Assembly (NCBI GenBank): GCA_000165425.1 | Contig: CT868441.1 | Span: 284,216-348,215, forward strand | Direction: 5' to 3' | Origin: Paramecium tetraurelia | Taxonomy: Eukaryota | DNA length: 64,000 nucleotides | Shown here: positions 27,191 to 39,872 of the stretch, piece by piece | Layout of the letters: each line of letters begins with the position of its first letter | Numbering within the stretch: the stretch's first letter is position 1 | The notes under the pieces: model-generated | Database searches by the model: none | What the model saw: only the letters and a program-made list of their open reading frames with translations | What the model was told of the DNA's origin: nothing | Position numbers and translations under genes: made by a program

Positions 27191-27436
27191 ATGGGAATTT
27201 GCGGTAGCTCCACCATAAGATCACATCCGAGTGATAAATTAATTGAAGAGAACAAAGGAAAGAATGGAAACCTAGGCTCATAATCTAAAACAGTTAGATT
27301 GTTTGACTACAATCAAAATAAGATAGTTTAAGTTCCTGTGTTGAAACCAGCTACTTAAAATACTTTATACTTTAAGAGATAAGCGTAAAGTCCGAATAAA
27401 AATCAAGATACTGTGCAATAACTCACACAACCTTGA
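27191..27436 (+). CDS. Small 81-aa protein with N-terminal myristoylation/palmitoylation motif
   Basis: Clean ORF MGICGSSTIRSHPSDKLIEENKGKNGNLGSQSKTVRLFDYNQNKIVQVPVLKPATQNTLYFKRQAQSPNKNQDTVQQLTQP*, with G2/C4/S6 pattern. Confidence 0.7.
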
Positions 27437-27532
27437 TTAATGTGAATTAGTCATATAAATATTTGAATACTGTTATTTAGTTCAAGCAATTGGAATCTGT
27501 AGATATAAAATAACATTTAATATGAATATCGT

Positions 27533-30198
27533 TCATTTAGTTAACTTGTTACTTCTAATAATATCGTAAAATTTGGTTAGTTCTTCTTCTTAGACTTTTC
27601 TGAACTCTCTTGCAATCTAAAGTTATAATAAAAAGCGATACAAGTCCTTAAGTATTCATGCAGTTCATTACAAGTTCTTCAGATTCTTCAATTGATGTCA
27701 TCAACCAATGATAATCATCTGAAGTAGGCTTGATTTTATCTTATTCAAGGTCATACTTGATTTCTCTCCAGATTTCTCCTATTTTAAAATGCGGATACAA
27801 TTGTATAACCTCAACCATCTACTTCTCATTCGGTAGCAATTCATTCTTATCAAATCCTGTTCTATACAATATAGCAAATACAATCGCTCTTAAATCGTAT
27901 TCAGCTGACTTTTCAGTTATCCTTCTTACTAAATAAGCCTCACTGCCAACATCTGATTCTAAATCCTCCTATTATGTTCTAAGAGATTTCATGTGTTTTG
28001 ATTTCTGATCTCCCTATTGATTTGGTGTTCTAAGACTAGGATCATTTTGTGGATTCAAAGGTCTTAGTTTGTTGGTGACAATGCCATCAGAATATTTGAC
28101 TCCATATCTTTGATCTTCTGCAACATAGATCTTGACCAGTAATTATGTACTGTTGATCATAGTCTTTGGGGAGTTCCAATCACAAAAGTATGGAATAGCC
28201 TTAGGGTTTTCCATCAAGTAACTTAAACAAGACAGAGTAAGTTTCTTATGCATATCATCACAAGTTTCTAAGAATTCCAATAATACATAGAGACCTTCAG
28301 AATCCAGAAAGATAGCTTCAGATTTTCTATTGCCCAGAATGGTGTTCCATAAGCAATCGAGAACACTTACTGCATAGAGAGCATATCTTGCACTTGTACC
28401 TAAATTAGGATTCTTTAATGCGTTAACCATTAATTCAACAGCACCCTTTTATCTAAATAACTTCTTATTTTTATTGCACTCCTTACACAAATTGGAAATA
28501 ATGGAGAAACACAACTCCTTTATTTTTAATGGATTATCATTGTCATTTTCATTTTACAAGAATTCTATGAGATTATCCATCACACCTTCATCACAAATTT
28601 TGATTTTGTAATTCTATTCAAATTCTGATGCATTATTGAAGGCCTTCAAACACCTTTCCTTGTGATCCAATTCTTGAGTGTTAGTGAGAAACTTGGTTAG
28701 ACAAAACAGACCATTCTTTTCGTAAAAACTAATTGAAAAATATTTTCATTTATTACTCATCTTTTAAATATACAATGGCATTTCCCAAATATTCCTAAAC
28801 AATGTAATTATATTCTTTTTTTTACGGAGGAGACCATCTATTAACAGCATAACTATTGGCAAGTGGATCTATGTATAATAATAGAGTGATAATGAAGGGA
28901 GACTCCTTAACAGCCTCCAAGACAGCTTAATTGCCCGATTGAACAGCTGTTAAAATTCCACTCCAAATCAATTTCTTGAATTCTAAGTCTTCACTAGTGG
29001 TACCAAAGAATGCTTTTAACTAATTAGTTCTGATTGGTTCATTATAGAATGTGACCTCATCAATTGTGGCATAGAACAACAAGACTTCTAAGAAATTGGT
29101 CTATTATTAAATTGTATGAGCTTGAGGCTTATCAACAAAATATTATAATGCCTTAAATAATAGAACTCTAATATACCTTCTCATCTCTCATTAAATAGTT
29201 TAATAAGATTAAGATTTCATTTCTTAGACACTTGTCTTCCAATTTATATCCCTATTTCATGATGTTTTCGAATAGTTTCTTCAACCCTGAAATGATGTCT
29301 TCCACTGCAAATAACTTGATCGATGCTACTCCAACAGCCTATATTAACTTAATAATCTTTTATACTTCAATTGTGTTCCAAATAATCTCAAAGCATGATT
29401 TCACAATGTAGGATCTAAAATCTTCGCATTCAAATATCACATACACAATATCCTTTAGAATGCCAAAATTTGAAAATTTAGCTGCTAGATCTCTGTAGAG
29501 AATGCAACTAGAAATCAATTCAAGTAAGGGCAATAAATATTCATACTGTTTTGAATAATGCTGCATAGTAAAGATGATGTTCTCAATCAAATTGGATTAA
29601 TTCAACGCCCTTAGATTCTAATAATATTGAGAGATATAATTACTCTTGTTCCATTCTTCAAAAGGTGTTGCAAGGGGGACAATTCTGTTTACTTCTTTTA
29701 TTACTCAAAGGAGGCTTCCTCTTTCATTATCTCGCTAATTCCTTCTTCTGCAAAACATTTCAAAAACTTAATTACTGGCATTCGTAATTCAGGCTATTGA
29801 CTACCTGATTCTTATTGAGGACTATAGAGCACAGGCTTCAAAGTATCGAGGAATTCACTTAATTTCGGAACAAATTTCAACTAATCTGAGGTTCTTAATT
29901 TGATGAATGGAACAGAAGCAGTTTCGCAAATTTTTTATATGGCTGGTTACATCAATGCGTTGTTTTCAGCAATAGATAATCTCAATATCTCAATCAATTC
30001 TTGAATCTCCTCCAATAAGAACCCTCCTGATCTTTGTCTACAGAATCTTACGATGGCTTCACTCTTTCGATCAGTCAATTATTCAGTGTAAGGGGAATGA
30101 AACATTTCCAGCACTTGTTGAATAGACAGGCTTTCTTTTTGGGGTGGTGAAACCTCCTTTAAGGATCTACTAAAACCAAGTTTAGTGTGTGTACTCAT
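27533..30198 (-). CDS. CFAP69: Cilia- and flagella-associated protein 69 (ARM-repeat)
   Basis: VLDCLWNTILGNRKSEAIFLDSEGLYVLLEFLE...LSYLMENPKA matches the CFAP69 C-terminal ARM block. Also DFRSYIVKSCFEIIWNTIE and RWSPPQ. Several short introns, TGA at 27533-27535. Confidence 0.85.
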
Positions 30199-30330
30199 TG
30201 GAAAATTATCTTTATATTATTTTATTTATACTCTCACTTTGTATGCTTTTATAAAAATGATCTCATGCAATACAGGTTAAAGTAATCAATATTTGGTGAG
30301 TAAAATAATTTGAATACATTTGATCATTGC

Positions 30331-30780
30331 ATGATGAATCTGGAATATCATAATCTTGATAGGGTTTTTATTAAAAACAGAAGCTTAAATTAGGAAATAA
30401 GGGAAGAAGCCAAGTAAGAAGAAGGTGATAATCAATCTGAGTGGAAAGATTTATCATCGGAATTTAAGTAATACCTGGGGTCTTTAGTTGAAAAAGCATA
30501 TGATGAAAAATTTCATTCTTATAAATCTGCACTTCTCAAGATTTATACATCTAAAAAGCATAAAGACTTAATAGGCATTATCCAAAAATGCTGAAGACAT
30601 CCTAAGAGTATAATAATAGCAGAACATTTATAGAATTCTTATTTAAAGTAATTATGATTCACCCAATGGGAAAATAATTGTTCCACCAATTTATTTCTAA
30701 TTATACAAAGTGATTGAATTAGAGATATAATATCCTAAACATAATAACCTATTAATTTAATGGGTATTATTGCTTAACAA
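30331..30780 (+). pseudogene. Uncharacterised short gene with a +1 frame break (pseudogene or sequence error)
   Basis: ORF MMNLEYHNLDRVF...GIIQKC* stops at 30592-30594. Deleting one A from the run at 30584-30588 continues it as IIQNAEDILRVQQQQNIYRILIQSNYDSPNGKIIVPPIYFQLYKVIELEI. Ends are approximate. Confidence 0.3.
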
Positions 30781-30814
30781 TATACATAATATATGTAATA
30801 TACAATATTATTAT

Positions 30815-33007
30815 TCATTTTTTATTTTTTTTAACAACTTAAGGATTGCCATCGCTATCAATGAAAATTTCTGTGTCTAAATCATCTTTCTTAGATTCCT
30901 TTTATTTAATAGCTTCCTCTCTATATGCTCCCACTTCTTCAACGATGGGTGTATTACTAATTTAGGATTGTATGAATACATTTCAGAGGTTAACAACACA
31001 TTTAAAATCTTGTGTTATCTTTCGACAACTTCCTTTGGGTCTCTTAACAATCCAGAAGATAAGAGACAGCCATCCAATATCTATTTGCTTGCTAATGATG
31101 CAATAACTCTATTAGATTTTCTGACTTTATTCAAGTTAACAATGATTGGATTTTACACGTTGATCTCAAGTGTTAAGTTTTTCAAATCATCCTAGAATAT
31201 ATATATTATAGAATACAGTAGATTATCCCATAGCATGCATGACTTGTCTCATTCCTGATGAAATTGCAGATACTATGATAGCAGGGGAAGTCTTTAATCT
31301 TTTTGAGATTTGGACTTAAGAGATAATGGGATTCAATTCATTCTTTAACCATAAACAGAAAGGTGTGATTTCATCATTAGGTATTGTTGTTTCAACATTA
31401 GTTTCCTCCTTCTTTTCATTTTCTTCAGTTGATTTTTAAGCAACCTTGTCAACTTCTGCTTAATCACTTTCAATGTTAATGAATTTTTTTGATGAATATT
31501 CATTTATTTATTTGAATACGACTTCATCCATGTGATTCATAGTCAAAATGACAGGAATTTCTGAATTAGAAAAAGGTTCCATGTATGGTGATGTTAGAGC
31601 TTATTGTCTTGTTGGAGCAAGATAGTAATAGATATTATTGATGCCTTAAGGTAATTTAGAAATGTAATCATCCAAAGAAATGAAGTCTTCAGATTTGTTT
31701 GTTTAGAATCTCAATAATTTAGTCATGGAGTTTCTATGTTCATCATCCATAGCAACTCCTTCTTTAATGAAGTTCTAAAAGTCCTGATACCATGCAAGGT
31801 AATTGGCAGGATCTTTGAGTGCTTCTGATTCAATTTCTTTGATAATTCTTTTGGCAACCACGGATTTGAGTTTAGCAATCAAGGCTGAATCTTGATAGCC
31901 CTCTCTTGAAATATTTAAGGGGAGATCTTCACAATCCACAACTCCTTTGACAAATCTAAGGAAATGTGGTAGGAGTTCTCTGCAGTTCTTCTTTATTAAT
32001 ATCTTCTTACAAAAAAGACTGATATCGAATTCTTCCATTTACATGCCGTATCTAGAAATAACAATTAAAAATTTACTTCTCCATATGTGTTTATGGAATG
32101 TACAACAAGGCTTTGATTGATAGAGGAGCATCTGTAGAATAATGAAGTTTGTATTTATAAGCAAGTTTAGAATTCGAAATGTATTCATAGAATTTATTAT
32201 AGTCTTCTGGAGTGATTTCGTTCTTGTTTCTCACCCAAATGGCTGATACAATGTTTTGTCTCTCTCCGTTCACAACGATTGGATAATTGATGAAATTAGA
32301 GTATCTCTAAATAGTCTTAAGCACTTCAGTCTTCTTGCTGAAAACAGCTTAATCTGGTTTGAGATGGATGGTTATTTTAGTTCCTCTTCCTTAGAAATAA
32401 TCCTTGGCTTCTGAAATTTCAAATGTTCCTGTTCCATCTGATACCCAAACATAAGTCTTATCTGATCTTTCACTCTTACTCACCACTTCTACGGTGTCTC
32501 CTACAATAAATGAGGAATAGAATCCAACACCAAATTGACCAATGATCTTATCATTCATTTATGATCCAACTTGTTCTAAGAATTATTTTGACCCACTTCT
32601 TGCAATTGTTCCAAGATTGTCAATCATTTCTTGTTTTGTCATACCTATACCAGAGTCCTTTTGAATATTATATACTCAATTACTTCTATTGTGATTGTTC
32701 TCTTTTATTCATCTAATTCAACCTTTATTTCTAGATCTGATGGAACTTATTCGCCCTTTTAAGTTGCCAAGAATCTTTGTTTTTCCAAGGCATCTGAGGC
32801 ATTGGATAACAATTCCCTTAAGAAAACATCCTTATCAGTGTAGATGGACTTGGCAACTATGTCAAGCAATTTCTTGGTTTCTGCCTTGAATTCATGCTTT
32901 TCTTATTTAGCCGAGCAAAATCTAAAGACTAAACGATTGTTTGTGCTAAATAACTTAGATTGTCTTAATAGATAGTTGGAAGAGAGACGGATGAGTCCTT
33001 TTTTCAT
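30815..33007 (-). CDS. TRAP1: Mitochondrial HSP90 (TRAP1/Hsp75)
   Basis: Basic presequence, then [52 protein letters not shown] and [21 protein letters not shown]. Three short introns. Confidence 0.93.
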
Positions 33008-33078
33008 AAATTAAAATTATTTGTGGTAAGAAGCCATATAAATGTGGGTTTATAAAATAAAATGAAATATTTAGAAAC

Positions 33079-34080
33079 TCATTATTTAGTTTTCTCTTTG
33101 ATTTCATTTTTCTTCTCAAAAACTATTCCACCATATCTCTTACGATAAATAAATAACTTTTTATAGTCTTTTGAATACATTATTCGATGTGCCTAGAAAT
33201 TCGAATTGAAATAATTCTTATCCTTCACCCAAGCATTATTTTCGTATTTGTAGCACTCTATTTCCAAACTAGGCATTTAAATCATAACAATAGGTCCCAT
33301 AAACAAACATTATTGAGGCTCTTTAGTGAAAATCCCTGATATTATCTGCTTCTCCAATTGGAAATGCAATGAATCATCCATCTTGTACATAAATAGATCA
33401 TAAATCGTCATTATTATTAATCTATTCTTGAAGAATTGCATAAAGAATTCCTATTCCGCCTTTATGCTCTGATACTTAACCCACATATGGTTGATTTTCT
33501 TTATGAACACTACATGTTATTTGGACTTTGCAGCAATCACACTTTCATTCTCATGAAAAGAAGCTATGGTGGATTCCAAAGGCACGCATTACACTCGAGC
33601 GAGTTTGCGCTAAGTATGATTGTAATCCCATATTAGTATGTTCCTGATATGGTCGACCATGAGCATGCTTCCGCTTAAATTTATCGACAGAAACTTGCTA
33701 CGCGAATACAGTTTAAGACTCTATTGAAAGGTCCAATTGCACTTGTGTCCTCTCTGCCAAATCTGTATTTTCATCTCATATCTCTGATCAACTTGAGAAA
33801 AGAAGAACTTACGACCGTTCCCATTTAATTATAAGAAGTAGTCTTCTTATTACGTAATTGAAGTTTAGGGAATCACTTTCAATGATGAGGTCCATTGCCA
33901 GTCTTTCTCTTTCACCAAAGAAAAAGTAAATATCTCTCCGTTGCAAAATACTAATACAATCTGACCTTAATAATCAGTGGCTAATAAAACCTATCATAAT
34001 GTATATATTAACACATTTCCAAAGTATTGGCATAATTGTTGCTTATTGATGAAATTATTTTAAAACAGGGATTCATCCAT
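33079..34080 (-). CDS. Uncharacterised beta-strand-rich (WD40-like propeller) protein
   Basis: ATG at 34080, one 24-nt intron near 33990-34014, continuous frame with propeller-like motifs (IQIWQR, MLMVDHIRNILIWDY, NAWVKD), TGA at 33079-33081. Confidence 0.65.
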
Positions 34081-34103
34081 TTATTTTAAATAAAATAATC
34101 TCT
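34081..34103. promoter_or_regulatory. 23-nt divergent spacer containing an 8-bp perfect inverted repeat
   Basis: Two head-to-head ATGs at 34080(-) and 34104(+). The spacer contains TTATTTTA-AA-TAAAATAA at 34081-34098. Confidence 0.5.
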
Positions 34104-34726
34104 ATGGGAAACATCATTAAAAATGATCAATTCAAAAAAGGACTCTAAGAATTGCTCTAAAACAAGAAATTCAAGAGAACCCTCAAAATTATCTACAAGG
34201 AAAAAAAAAACCAAATATTAAGTGTACAATCATGCCAAATTTTTGACAACGACTTCTCCATTAAACAACGTTTGGATCAGAGAGAAGGAATGCCTATCAT
34301 CTTCGAACACAATTGCAAAATCCTTTTGGATGTTACAGAAAGACAAAGATATTTTGATTCTTGCACTCTCTGCAATAAAAAGATAAAATGGGATCGTAGT
34401 CTGAGCTTCTGTCCCAATTGCAAACAAGAAACCACATATCAGCTTGCATACTGTCTCGTTGTTAAAATTATTGATCAAATTTCGGAGGATAATTAAGTCA
34501 CTTATAAAGCAACCATGTTTGGAGAAGCAGCCAAATATTTGGGTATGAAAGCTTATTATACTTCTTAGGCATTTCAGCTAAAGATTTCTCCAACATGAGT
34601 CATGATTCACAAAACGATTATTTAAAAAACATAAATGAACAGAAATCCCACATTGTACATTCACTTAAATTGGAATTCAAAAAAAATTTAGTCATTCAGG
34701 AAATTTTAACTTAAGCAATCTAATGA
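34104..34726 (+). CDS. Stand-alone RPA1/RPA70 C-terminal-like OB-fold with C4 zinc ribbon, 198 aa
   Basis: YFDSCTLCNKKI...FCPNCKQE...YCLVVKIID...ATMFGEAAKYLGISAKDF follows the Rep_fac-A_C pattern (C..CNKK..C..C...Y.L...I.D.....F.E.A..LG.SA..). Intron at 34543-34568. Confidence 0.78.
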
Positions 34727-34840
34727 TGATGGATCTACCATAAGATTTGAATATTAATATAATAATATAATAATGTTATTTTTATATATTATGTAGAATG
34801 ATAATAATCTTACAACAGTCTTATATTAAATGTTATAAAA

Positions 34841-36072
34841 TCATGCTTTAGCAATTCTTCCATTTAAGAAATCTAAGAATGGTGGAGTTTGAACCACTTA
34901 CAATGCTTTAGCTAAGACTGCTAATTCTTATTGGACGGATGACTAATGGAATATAAATATATAAATTTACCACAATATCATCATGAATTTTAAGGTTGGC
35001 TGAATAATTATTGTTTTCAGTTCTCAATCTATCTTAATAAGCTTTAAGATCAGCTTCTCTAGTTGAGATCAGGGTTTCAACATCAGAGATTCTAACTAAA
35101 GAGATGATAAGATGATATGATACCTGTTTTATCTTCTCTTTCTTAATAGAAATCAGCATATTATTGATCAAACACTGCTTTTTCAGCTGTCAATTATTAT
35201 CTTCTTAATTCATCTTATTATTTTTGACTATCTTCATCTTTATAAGCTTTAGTCAAAGCATCAAAGATATTCAATCTTAAACTGTTCAAGAAATCACACA
35301 TTTCCTTTAAAACTTATCTATCTTTGAAGTTGAATCCTTCAGTCAAATTAGTCAATGCTTAGATGAATGATGAATATTAATGACCAAAATTCTCAGTATT
35401 GGCTTTGACTTATCTTAAAGCTTTATTGACTTTGTGTTTCTATTCATCAGATACTTCAATGAATGCAGCTCTTACTTCTCCACTTTTGAATAGATCAGTT
35501 AATAAATCTAATGCTTCATCAATATTTCTTAAAGCATCTGTAAATTCAGTTGTAGTCAATACAAATGATTCATGTTAGGTATTTCTAGCAGCTTCAGCTT
35601 CTTTGAATGATTAAGTATTATCTGTTTATTTGGCTTTGAGTCCTAATAAGATCTATAATTTGTAATTATATTTATACATCATCTAATTCATGAAGTCTTG
35701 GTATCAATTCAGAATTCAATACTTTCTTTTCTCTATTGATATCAAATTCAGCTTAATTAGCTTATGAACTGAGTGAAATAACTTTAGCATTATGTTCACT
35801 TTCAACAACTTCCCATTGTGTATTTTCCAAATTCAATCTCTCTTCAATTTGACGACCAAAGGCTTTTACTCCTTCTACTAATGAATCTACGGCTCCAGTA
35901 ACTCTCATTGTAACTTCAGCTAAATCAATAACCATATGTCCAATCTTTGATTATGTTAATTCATCTATTGAAGATTACAGACCTGGATTAACATATGAAT
36001 CCATAACACCTTAATTACTTTATTAGTTAAATCATTAATATCTTACTTTGTAACCGTAGTTGCTGAAACTAA
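34841..36072 (-). repeat. Left arm of ~1.23-kb inverted repeat (partner 60751-61983)
   Basis: Reverse complement aligns with 60751-61983 from TTAGTTTCAGCAACT through the TGA, introns included. Confidence 0.95.
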
Positions 36073-36108
36073 GTACAATAACATCACTGCACTATATAAT
36101 CTTTTCAT
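34841..36108 (-). CDS. Trichocyst matrix / granule lattice (TMP/GRL) family precursor, copy 1 (4 introns)
   Basis: Signal peptide MKRLYSAVMLLYLVSA, acidic coiled-coil halves (EAEAARNTQHESF...DALRNIDEALDLL), basic linker, then SFIQALTNL...FKD..VL..CDFLNSLR, which is the two-domain TMP/Grl layout. Confidence 0.78.
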
Positions 36109-37379
36109 TTAATTCGTTTTTGTAATTAATGATTAAATAAATTTTCATAAACACAACTTTCTTTTTATTTCAAAATTCCTTAAGTAATTTTGATCTAAAC
36201 CATTTTCCTATATTATATTAATTGTTAATTTTCGATTACATTTATCATATAATCCTTCTTTGCTAATAACACATTTTTGGTGATGAATTGCTGTTAAAAA
36301 TTGTTCCTTAATGTAAAAAACACCACATTTTAATAGTTTTAGAAATTAGTTGTAAACATTTTGGAGTTTTATTAAACTTAGATTCCGCTATAAAAAATGT
36401 ATAATTTAATTCAATTTAACCTAAATTACATAACTGGTATAGTTTGATATAATTGAAGAAGAGGAATTAATATTTAAATTATTTGATGTTAAATCTCAAT
36501 CTTATGGTCTTATAAACGTATTAATTCGTTTAATTATTGTAAAGGCTGATAATTTCATAGCTAATTTCAGAAGAATCCTTTTATTGTCCTAGTTATATTC
36601 AAAAATTAAACTATTTGATTAATCAAGAGTCATTGTATATTTTAAAAATTTTTGTTTAAATTTATGGACAATAATATTGTATTTAAAGTAATGCTTAAAT
36701 ATATAGAAATAAATAAAATAATTCGAAAATAATAAAAAATAACTCAAATCAGAACTATAGTATTCAGTAAAATTCAAAGAGATAAAGACAATCTCCATTT
36801 AATGATTCGCTAATTTCCATCGTCACTCATCATTCCAAATTCTATAAAAGTAACTCAATAGAAACAATACCCATCCCCTATTAAATAAGATTTTATGATG
36901 ATGAACATGAGCTATGATAAAAAAGTTTGAATAATTGCTTCCATGACATTTACTGGGTGTAACAATAAAGAAATTAATCTGGAATTGTTTATGAGTAAAA
37001 TCATTCAATCTCAATAATAAAGGATAGAAGCTTAAGAAAAAAGTATATATAACCCTAATTTGCTTATTGAATTATTTTTCCTTTTAAAAGATTACTGAAT
37101 AAAGCATGCCTTTTAAGATCCTTCTGTATTGAATTGAATTCAATTATATTCTAACTTTTGTCATCTAAAATTTAGTCTTAAATTGAAGCCTCTTATATCT
37201 AAATCTTATGTTATTATATTAATTGCCCATGAAAGGAAGTTAAGATAGATTTGAGATATAATATTTATGAGACATAATTTAAGTATTGAAAAAATTGTTA
37301 TGGATTTTTCATAAGGCTGAAAAATTGTTGTAATTAATTATGATAAAGTTGATAAAAATATTATAATATATTTATAATA

Positions 37380-38394
37380 ATGTTCATTAATTTAGAAAAA
37401 GATTTAAAGGGCTTACAAAAAAAGAGTTAGGAGTATCAAGAAATCACTCAAAAATATCTGGTGGCTGATTCTGGAGTGAGAGTGATGAACGATGCATTTA
37501 AATAAATCTTGAATAAGAAAAAAAGTAATTTGTAATGATTTAAACAAGGCAAGCAATTTTTTTGTAAGAATTGTCCAAAGAAGTTTTTATCGTTTCCTGC
37601 ATTGAAGGAGCACGCAAAAAAGAATCATGGGTTTTAGCCACTTCAAAATGGGGAAGCTAGAAAGAGAGGGAGACCCAGGAGAGATGTAATTAAGCCAAGC
37701 GATTAATTTATTGAGTGGGAGAAAAATTAAGGATAGTAATAACCAAAACCAAAGAGACCCTCCTCTCTGATCACATTAAGATTGGAGTCAATTAAGGAAT
37801 TGGGCTTTGGAGGATTTTTGCGAGTACATAGTAAAAATAAAATTAGGCACCTAATTTACAATCATATCCGTCAATAAAGGACTCCATAACGAGTTTAATA
37901 AATAAATTAGAGCCTTAATTAGAGGAGAATTATATTTTGATAGGACTTGAGGAAATGAATAAATATTATGAGGAGGATCAGGAGTTTTATTTGGAGAAGA
38001 ATTATAATGTTAGTTAATTATTGGTTTCATTTCTAATAAATTTGACAATGTAAGTAAATGATGAGTTGTTGAGAGTGTTCATCACTTTTACAAAAGCAAT
38101 TTATTTTTTCATCGATAATTTTGCTAGAGATATTTTATTTAAGTAGTTGTCTCCAGAGGAATATGGGGTAATTTGATTTTCTATAAGTAGTTGATTCCAC
38201 CAATATGTCCAAATAAGAAATTTCATGAGTTAATGACAATATAAACATTCCCATTGATATTAAATGACTTCTTGGAGTTTCTACCAAACTTTTAGGAGGC
38301 ATTTCCATTGCCTTTTGCATCAAGAGTGTTGAAAGAGATCTGCGATTGGAGCACAGCAGAATGTAATGGATTTAAAGTGTATTTTAATCTTTGA
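37380..38394 (+). CDS. C2H2 zinc finger + AT-hook protein (putative DNA-binding factor)
   Basis: FFCKNCPKKFLSFPALKEHAKKNH followed by RKRGRPRR. Three 23-24 nt introns restore the frame. TGA at 38392-38394. Confidence 0.8.
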
Positions 38395-38422
38395 AAATAT
38401 ATATATATATTATGATTAAGAG

Positions 38423-39872
38423 TCAAGCTTACTTTTTATGAGGGAGAATGACTTTTGATTGATTTTAAACCATAACTTTTTTTGTAAAGATTGAGAGTTC
38501 ATCCAAGCTTTTTTTAGAGATTCCATCGATAGATTATTTGGCAATCTTTCCTTTAGATGTTCGTTCACAACTTCTTTGTTCTTCGATTGTTGTTGTGTTG
38601 AGTGATTTTCTAATGAGAATCTTTTTGATTAGTCTATCTACATTTTGATTATTGTTGTCAATCTCTTCGATGATTGCGAGACAAATCTTAGCTGATAATC
38701 GATTTGATGGATCTGTTTCAAGCATGTAGGGCAACAAGATAAAGAGCTGCTCCATTTTTACAGAATTCACTTCAGGATGCTAAGGTTGTTTCTTTAATTC
38801 GAAATATCCATCTTTGTTGGCATGATAAATAGTTTGTTTAGCTGATTTAGTATTGAATAGATTTTCACCAGTTAATCTAATATTTATATTTTGTTGTTAC
38901 AATTTGTAGAGTAGACATCCGAGACTATAGATGTCAGCCTTCTCATCGTATTGCTTATCCTTATTATAATTAATGATTTCCGGAGCCATATAGCCAGGAG
39001 TGCCTGAGGTAGGAAAATTCAATTGGTTTTTTATTTTCCTCGCCAGTCCAAAATCTATCAACTTTACTGTGTCAGCTTTCATGATATTGAGTGGATTGAT
39101 GTCTCTATGCATCACTCCCTTATCGTGGATATATGAAACTGCTTCCAACAATTCCTATGAGTTAATTTCAAACAGCTTTACTCTCATAATTTTGATGGTT
39201 TCTACTATCGAAAGTCCATACTGCCGACTGGATAGTTCTGAATATAGGGTTCTGCCATTGATGTATTCCATGATTATGTAATAATATTGATTGTCTGCAT
39301 AGGTTTCTTTTAGTTTGACTATGTTTGGGTGGGATAGAGAAGATAAGAGAGAGAGTTCGTGCACTAACTATGGCTAGATAATTTAATATTGATAAGGATT
39401 CTTACAATTCCACCCTCATGTTGAGCAATCTTCAATTTATCAATCTTTTTTATGGCATAGTATAAATTAGCATTGTCAGCAGCTACACATCTGTATACAG
39501 ATCCTGTCATACCACTTCCCATCTCCATCTAAAATTGATAAAACGAAAGGATCGGCTGATAAAATATTTTCCCTGCTATCATTTCTTTTAGTAAATTGAG
39601 TTTTTATCCATAGACTATCTTGTAACCATTATTATATGAAAATTCGAAGCCCACGATGCGTTTTACTTCCAGAATCCACTTTATTGTAGTAGTGAGATTC
39701 ATCTTGAGATTGTACTTAGGTTATTTAGTGATGTCCTATTCAATCTTGAAGTACTTCATACATCTGTCATAACAAGTTCATCATTGAACAAATACAGAGA
39801 ATAGTTTTTATCCTTGAAGAAATGTTTTCTTGTAACTTAAACAGTGAAAAGAGCGTTCTCATAAGATAACAT
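38423..39872 (-). CDS. Ser/Thr protein kinase (CAMK-like) with N-terminal PH-like region
   Basis: GSGMTGSVY, YAIKK, HPNIVKL, IMEY, HRDINPLN, DFG, GTPGYMAPE, DIYSLG. Several short introns. Confidence 0.9.

Noticed and set aside
36660..37260. Possible small plus-strand gene
   Set aside because: All frames close within ~90 codons and no family signal is visible.
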